Positions 1 to 8,339 of a stretch of 64,000 nt of DNA are shown piece by piece. Under the pieces are notes generated by a model that saw nothing but the letters and a program-made list of their open reading frames with translations, did no database searches and was not told the DNA's origin. Each line of letters begins with the position of its first letter. The stretch's first letter is position 1. The stretch is from Chakrabartia sp. Lineage in GTDB: Bacteria > Pseudomonadota > Alphaproteobacteria > Sphingomonadales > Sphingomonadaceae. The position numbers and the translations under genes are program-made. The DNA lies in assembly GCA_040398565.1 (NCBI GenBank), contig JBBATU010000005.1:161-64160 (forward strand). Direction: 5' to 3'.

Positions 1-524
1 CGCGCACCATTGCCGACCAGAAGGAACTGCGCCGCCACATCGCCAAGCTAGAAACATTGCAGGACAGCTGGAAGGAAAAGGCAGAGCTTGCTTTGTCTAA
101 GGATCGGGAAGATCTCGCCAAAGCCGCCTTGGTGGAGCGCCAAAAGGCCGCGGACATGGCAGAGCAACTCACCGCCGAAATCAGCGTGCTGGATGAGGCG
201 CTCATGGCCAATGAAGACGATATATCAAAGCTTCAGGCCAAGCTGCGCGAAGCGCGGGCCCGCCAGAACTCCATCGTGACCCGGCTGGAGGCGGCGACCA
301 ACCGCATTCGGGTGCGCGAAGCCTATGCAGGCGTAAAGGTGGACGAAGCCTTTGCCCGCTTTGATGTGCTGGAACGCCGCGTTGACTTGGCCGAAGGGCG
401 TGCAGACGCGCTTGGCATGGGGGCAGCCCCCAAGACATTGGAAGAGGAAATTGCCGAACTGCGCACGTCTGAAAAGGTCGATGCAGAGCTGGAAGCCCTC
501 AAGGCTGCTGCGAAGAGGGGCTGA
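1..524 (+). CDS. pspA: Phage shock protein A (PspA/IM30 family), 5-prime partial
   Basis: The frame is open from window base 3 (RTIADQKELRRHIAKLETLQDSWKEK...). The sequence is long, charged and coiled-coil, as is typical of PspA. pspB and pspC follow directly. Stop TGA at 522-524. Confidence 0.85.
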   Translation, partial: RTIADQKELRRHIAKLETLQDSWKEKAELALSKDREDLAKAALVERQKAADMAEQLTAEISVLDEALMANEDDISKLQAKLREARARQNSIVTRLEAATNRIRVREAYAGVKVDEAFARFDVLERRVDLAEGRADALGMGAAPKTLEEEIAELRTSEKVDAELEALKAAAKRG

Positions 525-528
525 GCCG

Positions 529-756
529 ATGGAAGACATCATCGTCGCCCCGCTGGTTGTGGGCATCCTCTTTCTGGGCCTGCCCTGGTTGATCCTTCAC
601 TATATGACCAAGTGGAAGACCGCCGCGACACTGACCCGCGAAGATGAAAATCTGCTCGATGAACTGCACGATATCACCCGCCGTCTGGAAGACCGGATGA
701 CAACGATCGAACGGATTATTGCAGCAGACGACCCAAATTGGAAAAAGGGCGCCTAA
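529..756 (+). CDS. pspB: Phage shock protein B-like small membrane protein
   Basis: ATG at 529, 4 nt after the pspA stop, with GAGGGG upstream. 75 aa with one N-terminal TM helix (IIVAPLVVGILFLGLPWLILHY), then the charged helix EDENLLDELHDITRRLEDRMTTIERII. Position between pspA and pspC. Confidence 0.75.
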   Translation: MEDIIVAPLVVGILFLGLPWLILHYMTKWKTAATLTREDENLLDELHDITRRLEDRMTTIERIIAADDPNWKKGA

Positions 757-793
757 GCCCCCCTGACCCCCTGCGTAACAAGGAGTGAAGATC

Positions 794-1174
794 ATGACTG
801 CAAGCCGCACCAAATTTTACCTCGACAAGCAGAACCGCAAATGGCTCGGCGTCTGTTCGGGGATTGCCGATTATACCGGCGTTGACGTCACCTGGGTTCG
901 TGTTGGCACGGTCATTTTGACCCTGCTCGGCGGCTTTCCCTGGACGCTCATCGCCTATTGGGCAACCGCCTGGATTGCCGAGGACAAGCCACATGGCCTG
1001 TATGAGAACAAGGAAGAGGCCCAATTTTGGCAGGGCGTCCGCCAATCACCCACCCGCACCGCCCGCGATGTCCGATCCAAGCTGCGCGATCTTGATCGTC
1101 GTCTGGCCGATGCGGAAACCCATTATACGGCCCGCAACACCCGCCTCGCCGATGAAATTGACAGCCTGAAATAA
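794..1174 (+). CDS. pspC: PspC-domain envelope stress protein
   Basis: PspC-domain signature KFYLDKQNRKWLGVCSGIADYTGVDVTWVRVGTVILTLLG. AGGAG at 781-785 lies 8 nt upstream of ATG 794. The listed ORF starts at GTG 785, which overlaps that SD. Confidence 0.8.
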   Translation: MTASRTKFYLDKQNRKWLGVCSGIADYTGVDVTWVRVGTVILTLLGGFPWTLIAYWATAWIAEDKPHGLYENKEEAQFWQGVRQSPTRTARDVRSKLRDLDRRLADAETHYTARNTRLADEIDSLK

Positions 1175-1235
1175 GAATCAGCTGCGCAGCAAATCCAACT
1201 AAGAACCGGCGACTGCGCCGGAGAGGGAGAGAAAC

Positions 1236-1478
1236 ATGGATGCGTTTCAAATGGTCGTCCTGATCGTTGCCATCATCACATTGGGTGGCGTCATCCGCAG
1301 CAAGAATGGCACCCGACGCGGCAAAGGCGGGGCGCGCCCTGTCGAAGATCAGATGGAGAACCAGCTTTTGCGGTCTGAGATTAAAGAATTGAAAGAACGG
1401 ATTGCGGTTCTGGAGCGGCTGGCAACGGACACACACAGCGCCGCCGCGCTCGACCGTGAGATTGAGAAGCTGCGTTGA
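1236..1478 (+). CDS. Small membrane protein, N-terminal TM helix plus C-terminal coiled coil (PspB-like architecture)
   Basis: 80 aa. GGAGAGGGAGAG SD precedes ATG 1236. TM segment FQMVVLIVAIITLGGVI, then ENQLLRSEIKELKERIAVLERLA. Same strand and tight spacing within the psp cluster. Confidence 0.55.
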   Translation: MDAFQMVVLIVAIITLGGVIRSKNGTRRGKGGARPVEDQMENQLLRSEIKELKERIAVLERLATDTHSAAALDREIEKLR

Positions 1479-1491
1479 AGGGAGACGAGAG

Positions 1492-1728
1492 ATGACTGAC
1501 GTTTCTACCCTGATCTACGCCATCACCGCCTTTGCGGGCCTTGCTCTGGCTTCGCTGGTTGGTCTGGCCGCCTTTGGTAAGTGGATCGACCTGAAGCGCG
1601 CTGAGATCGATGTCCTGCGCGGCCAACGGCAAGACGGCACACCCGCCATCGCCAGCCGGATCGAATTGGCAGATCTGCGCGAGCGGCTCCGCAAGCTTGA
1701 GGCGATTGCCGCAGGCGTGGATTTATAG
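1492..1728 (+). CDS. Small membrane protein, N-terminal TM helix plus C-terminal coiled coil (PspB-like architecture)
   Basis: ATG 1492 is preceded by GGAGACGAGAG. 78 aa. TM segment LIYAITAFAGLALASLVGLAAF, then RIELADLRERLRKLEAIAAG. Begins 13 nt after the previous stop. Confidence 0.55.
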   Translation: MTDVSTLIYAITAFAGLALASLVGLAAFGKWIDLKRAEIDVLRGQRQDGTPAIASRIELADLRERLRKLEAIAAGVDL

Positions 1729-1851
1729 GGCCGCAAACCTCCCGTCGAGCGCATTCACGCTCGACCGTTTGAATTTCCTCTCGCATCCCGTCCATTTCAC
1801 TGGCAAGATCATTCAAAGAGAGCCTTTAGGTTCCATGAGGGTGAAGGATGC

Positions 1852-1876
1852 ATGCCCGATAATCCGGGCATTTTTA
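1852..1876 (+). terminator. Candidate rho-independent terminator after the psp cluster
   Basis: ATGCCCG (1852-1858) pairs with CGGGCAT (1865-1871) and is followed by TTTTT. Lies about 120 nt after the last psp-cluster stop and 20 nt before the ADH start. Confidence 0.35.
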
Positions 1877-1895
1877 TGAGGGGTGAAATCTTATC

Positions 1896-4040
1896 ATGAC
1901 GTCACGTGGTTTTTTGCTCGGCAGTGCACTGGTCGCCGCTCTATCCATCATATCTGGCTGCGCCGAAAAGGGCGGCAAACTTGCCAATGTGGATGATGAG
2001 CGCTTGGTCGCGGGAAGCCCGGATGGGGCCGACTGGCTGTCTTATGGCCGCACCATGGATGAACAGCGCTTCTCACCGCTGACGCAGGTGAGCGATCAGA
2101 ATGTCGGCCAACTGGGCCTTGCTTGGTCTTCTGACATGGATACAGCGCGCGGGCAGGAAGCCACCCCGATTGTCGTTGATGGCATCATGTATGTCTCGAC
2201 CGCTTGGTCGATGGTGAAGGCCTATGACGCCGCCACGGGCAAGAAAATGTGGGAATATGATCCGCAAGTACCCCGTGCCAAATTGGTCGATGTCTGCTGT
2301 GACGCGGTCAATCGCGGCGTCGCTGTTTATAAAGGGCGGGTCTATGTCGCGACCATTGATGGCCGGTTGGTCGCGCTCAATGCGGATAATGGCAAAGTCC
2401 TTTGGGACAAGCTGACCATTCCAAAGGACAGCAGAATGTCGATCACAGGCGCACCGCGCATTGTGAAGGGCAAGGTGCTGATCGGGGCAGCGGGTGCCGA
2501 ATATATTGTGCGCGGCTATCTGGCCGCCTTTGACGCCGAAACGGGCAAGGAAGCTTGGCGCTTTTATACTGTCCCCGGTGATCCATCCAAGCCGTTTGAG
2601 GGCAAGCATCTGGAGGCAGCCTCTAAGACTTGGGCGCCCGACGCTTGGAAGAATGGCGGTGGCGGTACCGTGTGGGACTCAATCACCTATGATCCCAAGA
2701 CCGATCTGGTCTATTTCGGCACGGCCAATGCAGAACCTTGGAACCCCAATGCCCGCGGCGGCAAAGGCGGGGACAGCCTCTACACGGCCTCCATCGTCGC
2801 CATTCGGCCCGATACGGGCGAATATGTTTGGCATTTTCAGGAAACGCCGGAAGATCGCTGGGATTATGATTCCACGCAGCAGATTATCGCGGCTGATCTG
2901 CCGATCAACGGCAAATCCACCCGCGTCGTCATGCACGCGCCGAAAAACGGCTTTTTCTACATTCTCGATGCAAAGACGGGCAAGTTCCTGTCGGGCAAAC
3001 CCTTTGCCAAGACGATCACTTGGGCCAAGGGCCTCGACCCCGTCACCGGCAAGCCGATCATCAATCCTGAAGCCCGCTATGAGTTGACAGGCAAGCCCTT
3101 TATCGGCATGCCGGGTGCGGTCGGAGCCCATAGCTGGCAACCCATGTCCTACAGCCCGAAAACGGGCCTTGTTTACATTCCCGCTAATGAAGTTGCACAA
3201 CCCTATTTTGCCGCGTCCAAGGATTGGAAGCCGGGCAAGGTTGGGTTCCAGCTTGGTCTGGATAATGGCAAGCTCGGCATGCCGGCCGACCCCGCAGTGC
3301 GTGCAGCGGCGGCCGCTGCCACCACAGGCTCGTTGGTCGCTTGGGATCCCGTCGCCGGCAAAGCGCGCTGGACGGTGGAACATCCCGGCCCCTCTAATGG
3401 CGGGACACTCGTCACGGCGGGCAATCTGGTCTTTCAGGGGACAGCAGGCGGGGAATTCCGCGCCTACACCGCCGATACGGGCAAGCAACTCTGGAGCTTT
3501 GCAACTCAAACCGGCGTGATTGCAGCGCCCATGACCTATGCCGTCAAGGGCCAGCAATATGTCGCCATCCTCGTCGGCTGGGGCGGCGTGTTTGACGTGG
3601 CGCCTGGGATTCTCGCTGGAAAATCCGGCTCCGTCCGCAACATCAGCCGTCTGCTCGTCTTTAAGGTGGGGGCCAAGGGTCAACTCCCGCCGCCGCCAGC
3701 AGATGCAAAGCGCGTGCTGGATCCGCCGCCCTTTATCGCCTCAAAGGCCTCCGCGGCCGATGCAGGGGCCAGCCCCTATCAGAATAGCTGCAGCGTCTGT
3801 CATGGCGATGCCGCGATTGCGGGCGGGCTGAACCCCGATCTTCGGCATTCTTCCGCACTGGGCAATGAAAAGCTGTGGCAGCAGATCGTCCATGACGGCA
3901 TTTTAAGCGCCAATGGCATGGTCGCCTGGAAGGGCCAATACACGCCCGCGCAAATCGAAAATATCCGCCAATATGTCATCCGCCGCGCCAATGAAGACAA
4001 GGCGCTAGAGGCAAAAAGCAAGAAAGTGGCGTCGCGCTAA
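1896..4040 (+). CDS. PQQ-dependent quinohemoprotein alcohol dehydrogenase with C-terminal cytochrome c domain and lipoprotein-type signal peptide
   Basis: 714 aa. Propeller repeats of the PQQ-ADH family, with the vicinal Cys pair VDVCCDAVNRG. C-terminal heme c motif CSVCHGD. N-terminus MTSRGFLLGSALVAALSIISGC carries an ISGC lipobox. Confidence 0.9.
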   Translation: MTSRGFLLGSALVAALSIISGCAEKGGKLANVDDERLVAGSPDGADWLSYGRTMDEQRFSPLTQVSDQNVGQLGLAWSSDMDTARGQEATPIVVDGIMYVSTAWSMVKAYDAATGKKMWEYDPQVPRAKLVDVCCDAVNRGVAVYKGRVYVATIDGRLVALNADNGKVLWDKLTIPKDSRMSITGAPRIVKGKVLIGAAGAEYIVRGYLAAFDAETGKEAWRFYTVPGDPSKPFEGKHLEAASKTWAPDAWKNGGGGTVWDSITYDPKTDLVYFGTANAEPWNPNARGGKGGDSLYTASIVAIRPDTGEYVWHFQETPEDRWDYDSTQQIIAADLPINGKSTRVVMHAPKNGFFYILDAKTGKFLSGKPFAKTITWAKGLDPVTGKPIINPEARYELTGKPFIGMPGAVGAHSWQPMSYSPKTGLVYIPANEVAQPYFAASKDWKPGKVGFQLGLDNGKLGMPADPAVRAAAAAATTGSLVAWDPVAGKARWTVEHPGPSNGGTLVTAGNLVFQGTAGGEFRAYTADTGKQLWSFATQTGVIAAPMTYAVKGQQYVAILVGWGGVFDVAPGILAGKSGSVRNISRLLVFKVGAKGQLPPPPADAKRVLDPPPFIASKASAADAGASPYQNSCSVCHGDAAIAGGLNPDLRHSSALGNEKLWQQIVHDGILSANGMVAWKGQYTPAQIENIRQYVIRRANEDKALEAKSKKVASR

Positions 4041-4060
4041 ATCGGTGATTGCCTGATCAA

Positions 4061-4097
4061 GGGCGGGGAGGCTTCGGCTTCTCCGCCCTTTTCTTTT
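4061..4097 (+). terminator. Rho-independent terminator downstream of the ADH gene
   Basis: GGGCGGGGAGGC / TTCG loop / GCTTCTCCGCCC hairpin (G-U wobbles allowed), followed by TTTTCTTTT. Confidence 0.5.
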
Positions 4098-4120
4098 GGG
4101 CTTTTGACGGCTCCAAAAAC

Positions 4121-4711
4121 CTAGCTCTTCAGCCAGTCTGCCACATCATTGGCAATCTGATTGGATGCCTTGTTCAAGGCGCGGCCAGCGCTTTTGGCGT
4201 CAATCGATCCGGCCGGCACGCGCGCTTCAAATCGGCGGGTGCGCACCGGGCGATCCCGCTCGCCAGAGATGGTCGCATCGTAAATCACAACCGCTTCAGC
4301 CCCACGTTCATCAATATCAAAGCGCAGCAGCTGCCCCGATAAGGTCGCCCCCGGTTCCATGCTGAACTGACGTGGGTCAAGCACGATGCGGCCCGTGCGC
4401 TGCCGAACCGTTTCGGCCAGAAGACGCTGAAACAGGCGCGCGGGTGGCTCTACCCAGACGGCATTTTTGATAAACGCCAACGCGGTCTGGCCTTGGGCGA
4501 CCGGCAGGCGCGTTGTCGCAATCGACTGCGGCACCAGCGGCGTGGTGATGGTTAGGCGATCATCCCCCTGCACCAAGATACCGGCATTGGCCTCTGGCCG
4601 GGCATCTGGCGTGAGGGTGAGCAAGAAGGGCGGTGGCGCTGAAGATAGGCCAAGGCTGCACCCAGACACAGCGAGTGCGGTTGCGCTCATCAGAAAAAGC
4701 TTGCGGATCAT
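4121..4711 (-). CDS. ABC-type transport auxiliary lipoprotein (DUF330/PqiC-like) of an Mla/MCE system
   Basis: 196 aa. Signal peptide with lipobox MSATALAVSGC. Its ATG overlaps the MCE gene stop (ATGA, 4708-4711). Last gene of the permease-ATPase-MCE-lipoprotein operon. Confidence 0.7.
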   Translation of the reverse strand: MIRKLFLMSATALAVSGCSLGLSSAPPPFLLTLTPDARPEANAGILVQGDDRLTITTPLVPQSIATTRLPVAQGQTALAFIKNAVWVEPPARLFQRLLAETVRQRTGRIVLDPRQFSMEPGATLSGQLLRFDIDERGAEAVVIYDATISGERDRPVRTRRFEARVPAGSIDAKSAGRALNKASNQIANDVADWLKS

Positions 4712-5664
4712 TTGCCGTCCTTTCCGCCCTTATAATCGGGCAATTTGGAACCGCTGATCAGCGCCCCTGCCCCTTGCTGGTCAATTTTACTCGCCACTGA
4801 ATTCAAGGACTCTGACATGGCGCGCAGATCGCGCACCAACTGGCCCATTTCCGGCAACGTCTGGGTTGAGAAGGTTCGGATGCCGGGCTTTGCCTCTGCC
4901 AAGGCTTCGTCCAGAGCTGCCATGCTGCGTTCGGCCGACCGCACCGTTCGGCGCAGATCCTGAACCAGCGGGCGGCCATCTTCATTCAACATCGCGTTGG
5001 TTGTTCCCGCAATTTCACCAATTTGCTTGGCCGCAATGCCCGCCTCGCGGATGGTGGTGCGGGCTTCGCTGATGCTGGCCTCCAGCTCTGGCCCGCTGCG
5101 CGCCAGATGGCCCGACACCTTGTCGATATTGGCAAGGATATTCCCAATCGATTTCTGGTTCCGATCCGACATCAACTCGGTCAGCCGCTCGGTCAGGGTC
5201 GAAAGTCGCTCAACCAATTGCGGGGCATTATTGAGCAACGCGCCCAGGCCCGCACTTTTCGTCGGGATGGTCGGGACGCCAGCCGGACCAGGTTCGGTAA
5301 TGGGCGGTGCACCCTTGACCGCACCTGTCAGCTGGATCTGCGAAACGCCGGTAAAGCCCACACCCTGAATGGAGGCCGATGTGCCGACAAGCATGGGCAA
5401 GTCTTCATCCACTGCAATGCGAACACGGACAAATTCCGGGTTGGGCCGCCAAAGTTCAATATGTCGAACCTGCCCAGATGGCACGCCGGCAAAGGTCACG
5501 CTCGACCCCTTGGCCAAGCCCTCAACAGACTGGCGGAAGAAAATATCATATTCCTTGCTATTACCGCCCGAAATGCCCGCAATCCAAACCGCAAAGGCAA
5601 GCACGGCCGCCAACAGCGCCAAGACGACACTGCCGACCAGAAGATGGTTTGAACGCGTTTCCAT
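4708..5664 (-). CDS. MCE/MlaD-family substrate-binding membrane protein
   Basis: Start chosen at METRSNHLLVGSVVLALLAAVLAFAVW (ATG 5664, GGAGG upstream). N-terminal TM anchor plus MCE domain (FFRQSVEGLAKGSSVTFAGVPSGQV). The longer listed ORF overlaps the upstream ATPase gene. Confidence 0.85.
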   Translation of the reverse strand: METRSNHLLVGSVVLALLAAVLAFAVWIAGISGGNSKEYDIFFRQSVEGLAKGSSVTFAGVPSGQVRHIELWRPNPEFVRVRIAVDEDLPMLVGTSASIQGVGFTGVSQIQLTGAVKGAPPITEPGPAGVPTIPTKSAGLGALLNNAPQLVERLSTLTERLTELMSDRNQKSIGNILANIDKVSGHLARSGPELEASISEARTTIREAGIAAKQIGEIAGTTNAMLNEDGRPLVQDLRRTVRSAERSMAALDEALAEAKPGIRTFSTQTLPEMGQLVRDLRAMSESLNSVASKIDQQGAGALISGSKLPDYKGGKDGK

Positions 5665-5671
5665 TTTGCCG

Positions 5672-6472
5672 TCATGCCTCCTTAGCGGGGTGTCGATCAA
5701 CCGCCGCCATCGCAGCGCGGCCCCGCGGGCCGTTAAAATATTGCTGGATCCACGGATGATCCGATACGAGAAGTTCGGGCAGAGTGCCAATGGCGATGAC
5801 TTTATGGTCGGCCAGCACCGCCACCCGATCACACGTAGCATAAAGCGTATCGAGATCATGCGTGATCAAAAACACGGTGAGGCCAAGCGCGCGAGACAGG
5901 CTGCGCACCAAGCTATCAAAGGCGGCGGCCGAAATCGGATCCAGTCCGGCGGTCGGCTCATCGAGGAACAGCAATTGCGGATCGAGCGCCAAGGCGCGCG
6001 CCAGGCCTGCGCGCTTTTTCATCCCGCCCGACAGCTCGGCGGGATATTTCGGCCCTGCATTGGCTGGCAGGCCGGCCATCAAAACCTTATAGGCCGCAAT
6101 TTCATCCATCAGTTTTAGCCCCAAATCGGGGTAAAATTCCCGCAGCGGCACTTGCACATTTTCGGCAACGGTAAGGGTGGAAAACAGAGCGCCCCCTTGA
6201 AACATCACGCCCCAGCGCCGCCGCAAATCCAATTCTGTTTCTGGATCGGCACCCGTCATCAGCTCGCCAAATATCTCAATTGACCCCGCCTGAGGCTGTT
6301 GCAGACCGATGATGGTGCGCATCAAGACGGACTTGCCCGTGCCCGACCCGCCGACCACGCCCAATATCTCTCCATTGCGCACATCGAGATCTAGCTTGTC
6401 ATGGACAAGCTGATCCCCAAAGCTGTTGGTGATGCCGCGCACGCGAATGGCGATTGGATTCTCCAGATCCAT
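5672..6472 (-). CDS. ABC transporter ATP-binding protein (MlaF-like)
   Basis: Walker A GGSGTGKS, ABC signature LSGGMKKR, Walker B LLFLDEP. ATG 6472 overlaps the permease stop (ATGA). Confidence 0.9.
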   Translation of the reverse strand: MDLENPIAIRVRGITNSFGDQLVHDKLDLDVRNGEILGVVGGSGTGKSVLMRTIIGLQQPQAGSIEIFGELMTGADPETELDLRRRWGVMFQGGALFSTLTVAENVQVPLREFYPDLGLKLMDEIAAYKVLMAGLPANAGPKYPAELSGGMKKRAGLARALALDPQLLFLDEPTAGLDPISAAAFDSLVRSLSRALGLTVFLITHDLDTLYATCDRVAVLADHKVIAIGTLPELLVSDHPWIQQYFNGPRGRAAMAAVDRHPAKEA

Positions 6473-7581
6473 CAGATCCACCCAATCTGCGTGAAGAAGA
6501 CCGCGAAAAAAGCATCGAGCACAATCACCAGAAAGATCGCCTGCACCACGGCCGATGTGGTTCTCAAGCCCACTTCCTCGGCATTGCCGGACACTTGCAT
6601 CCCTTGAAAACAACCCGTCATCGCAATGATTGCGCCAAAGACGGGGGCTTTGAGCAAGCCGACCCATAAATCGGTCAGCGGAATGACTTCTTGCAACCGC
6701 TGAACAAAGGTGATGGGCGGAATTTCCAGCGAGACCCAGCAGAAGAGGCCGCCGCCAAGGATGGCGACGAGTGCGGCATAAAAGCCCAGCAGGGGCATAA
6801 GGACAATCGCCGCCAACATGCGCGGAATGACCAGCGCCTCAATGGGCGACACGCCAATTGTGCGCATGGCGTCAATTTCTTCCGTCAACTTCATCGTGCC
6901 GATTTGCGCGGCAAAGGCAGAACCGGATCGCCCGGCGACCATGATCGCCGTCATCAACACGCCCAGCTCTCGCGTCGTGATTCGCCCGATCAAATTGACG
7001 GTGAGCACTTCGGCCCCAAATTGCTCCAGCTGCACCGCGCCTTGTTGGGCAATGACGATGCCGATGAGAAAGCTCATCAACCCGATAATGCCCAAGGCCT
7101 TGACGCCGACCAGTTCAAATCGATGCACAACAGCATTCATGCGCAAGCGGCGCGGATTGCGGATCAGCGCCCAGCTTGCGATCAGAATTTCCCCAAAAAA
7201 GCTGATCAGGCCGACCATCGTTTTGAGCGAAAGGAGGGTTGCTTCGCCAATTTCTCCAATCACCCGGATTGCTGGGCTGGGGCGCTCTGGTCGAACGCGC
7301 ACCTCTGTTTTGGCGGTGCGGACAAGATCCATCAGCCGCTGTGCATCCGCGCTGGCCCCTGTGATCCGCGCGCCCGTTCGTTCTGCCAGTTGCTGGACAA
7401 TCCACGCGCCAACCGTGTCGATGCGGTCAATGCCCGACAGGTCGATTTCAGCTGGGGTGGCTGATAGCCCTTCTAGCCGACGCGGAAAATCGCCCAGATC
7501 GGCAAGCGTCAGGCGACCCGACAAGCGCACAGTTAGGCCGTGTGCGCCCGAATCTTCTACAAAGTCTGCCCTGCCCGTCAT
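6472..7581 (-). CDS. MlaE-family ABC permease with an N-terminal STAS-like domain
   Basis: 369 aa. C-terminal ~260 aa is polytopic and MlaE-like. N-terminal ~100 aa is soluble (LTVRLSGRLTLADL...EIDLSGIDRIDTVGAWIVQQL) and resembles STAS / anti-sigma antagonist domains. Confidence 0.85.
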   Translation of the reverse strand: MTGRADFVEDSGAHGLTVRLSGRLTLADLGDFPRRLEGLSATPAEIDLSGIDRIDTVGAWIVQQLAERTGARITGASADAQRLMDLVRTAKTEVRVRPERPSPAIRVIGEIGEATLLSLKTMVGLISFFGEILIASWALIRNPRRLRMNAVVHRFELVGVKALGIIGLMSFLIGIVIAQQGAVQLEQFGAEVLTVNLIGRITTRELGVLMTAIMVAGRSGSAFAAQIGTMKLTEEIDAMRTIGVSPIEALVIPRMLAAIVLMPLLGFYAALVAILGGGLFCWVSLEIPPITFVQRLQEVIPLTDLWVGLLKAPVFGAIIAMTGCFQGMQVSGNAEEVGLRTTSAVVQAIFLVIVLDAFFAVFFTQIGWI

Positions 7582-7666
7582 CGTGCGACACAGTGGTGCA
7601 AAATGGGGGGATCGGCAAGCTGGATTGCCCTTTGAAGACGGACAGTTAGCGGCCTATGGGGGCGTC

Positions 7667-8335
7667 ATGCATCAGCTTTCGATCTTTGATATGGATAAGA
7701 CCATCACCCGCGCGGCGACCTTTGGGCCGTTTCTGGTCTATGCGGTGCCGCGCTATCGCCCCTGGCGGGCGGTTTTTGCGCCGCTGGTTCTTCTGACCAG
7801 TCTCGGCTTTGCCCTGAAGCTGATGGGACGAGCGCGGCTGAAGGAAGTGAACCTTAGGTTGATGATGGGCCGCCATGTCCGCACGGACCGGCTCACAAAA
7901 ATCTCCAGAGGCTTTGCGGGCTTCACCCTTGCCAAAAACAGCTTGGCCGAAGCACTGGCCCGAATTGAGCAGGAACGCGCCGAGGGACGTCGGGTGGTCT
8001 TGGCCACCGCCTCCTATAGTTTTTACGTTCGCGAAATCGCCAATTTATTGGGCATTGCTGATGTCATTGCCACTCGCCCAACACAGGCCGGCGACACCTT
8101 GATGAGCAAAATCGACGGGGAAAATTGCTATGGCGCGGCCAAGCTGCGCATGGTGAAAGGCTGGATGGCGAAAAAGGGCGTGGCGCGCGAAGACGCCCAT
8201 ATCCGCTTCTTCTCCGACCATGTGTCGGATGCCCCCTGCCTTGATTGGGCAGATGAAGCCTTTGCGACCAACGCCCATGGCCCCTTGCGGACGCTGGCCG
8301 CCAAACGCGGCTGGACGATCCTCGACTGGGCTTAG
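7667..8335 (+). CDS. HAD-IB family hydrolase/phosphatase
   Basis: Starts at MHQLSIFDMDKTIT (DxDxT motif I). VLATASY (motif II) and FFSDHVSDAP (motif IV-like). The upstream part of the 505-aa listed ORF is antisense to the permease gene. Confidence 0.75.
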   Translation: MHQLSIFDMDKTITRAATFGPFLVYAVPRYRPWRAVFAPLVLLTSLGFALKLMGRARLKEVNLRLMMGRHVRTDRLTKISRGFAGFTLAKNSLAEALARIEQERAEGRRVVLATASYSFYVREIANLLGIADVIATRPTQAGDTLMSKIDGENCYGAAKLRMVKGWMAKKGVAREDAHIRFFSDHVSDAPCLDWADEAFATNAHGPLRTLAAKRGWTILDWA

Positions 8336-8339
8336 CGGC

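Noticed and set aside
6818-8335. 505-aa ORF that would fuse a long N-terminal region to the HAD hydrolase.
   Set aside because: The first ~283 codons are antisense to the MlaE-type permease and are low-complexity (Ser/Arg/Pro-rich). The HAD DxDxT motif begins right after ATG 7667, so the short form is called.
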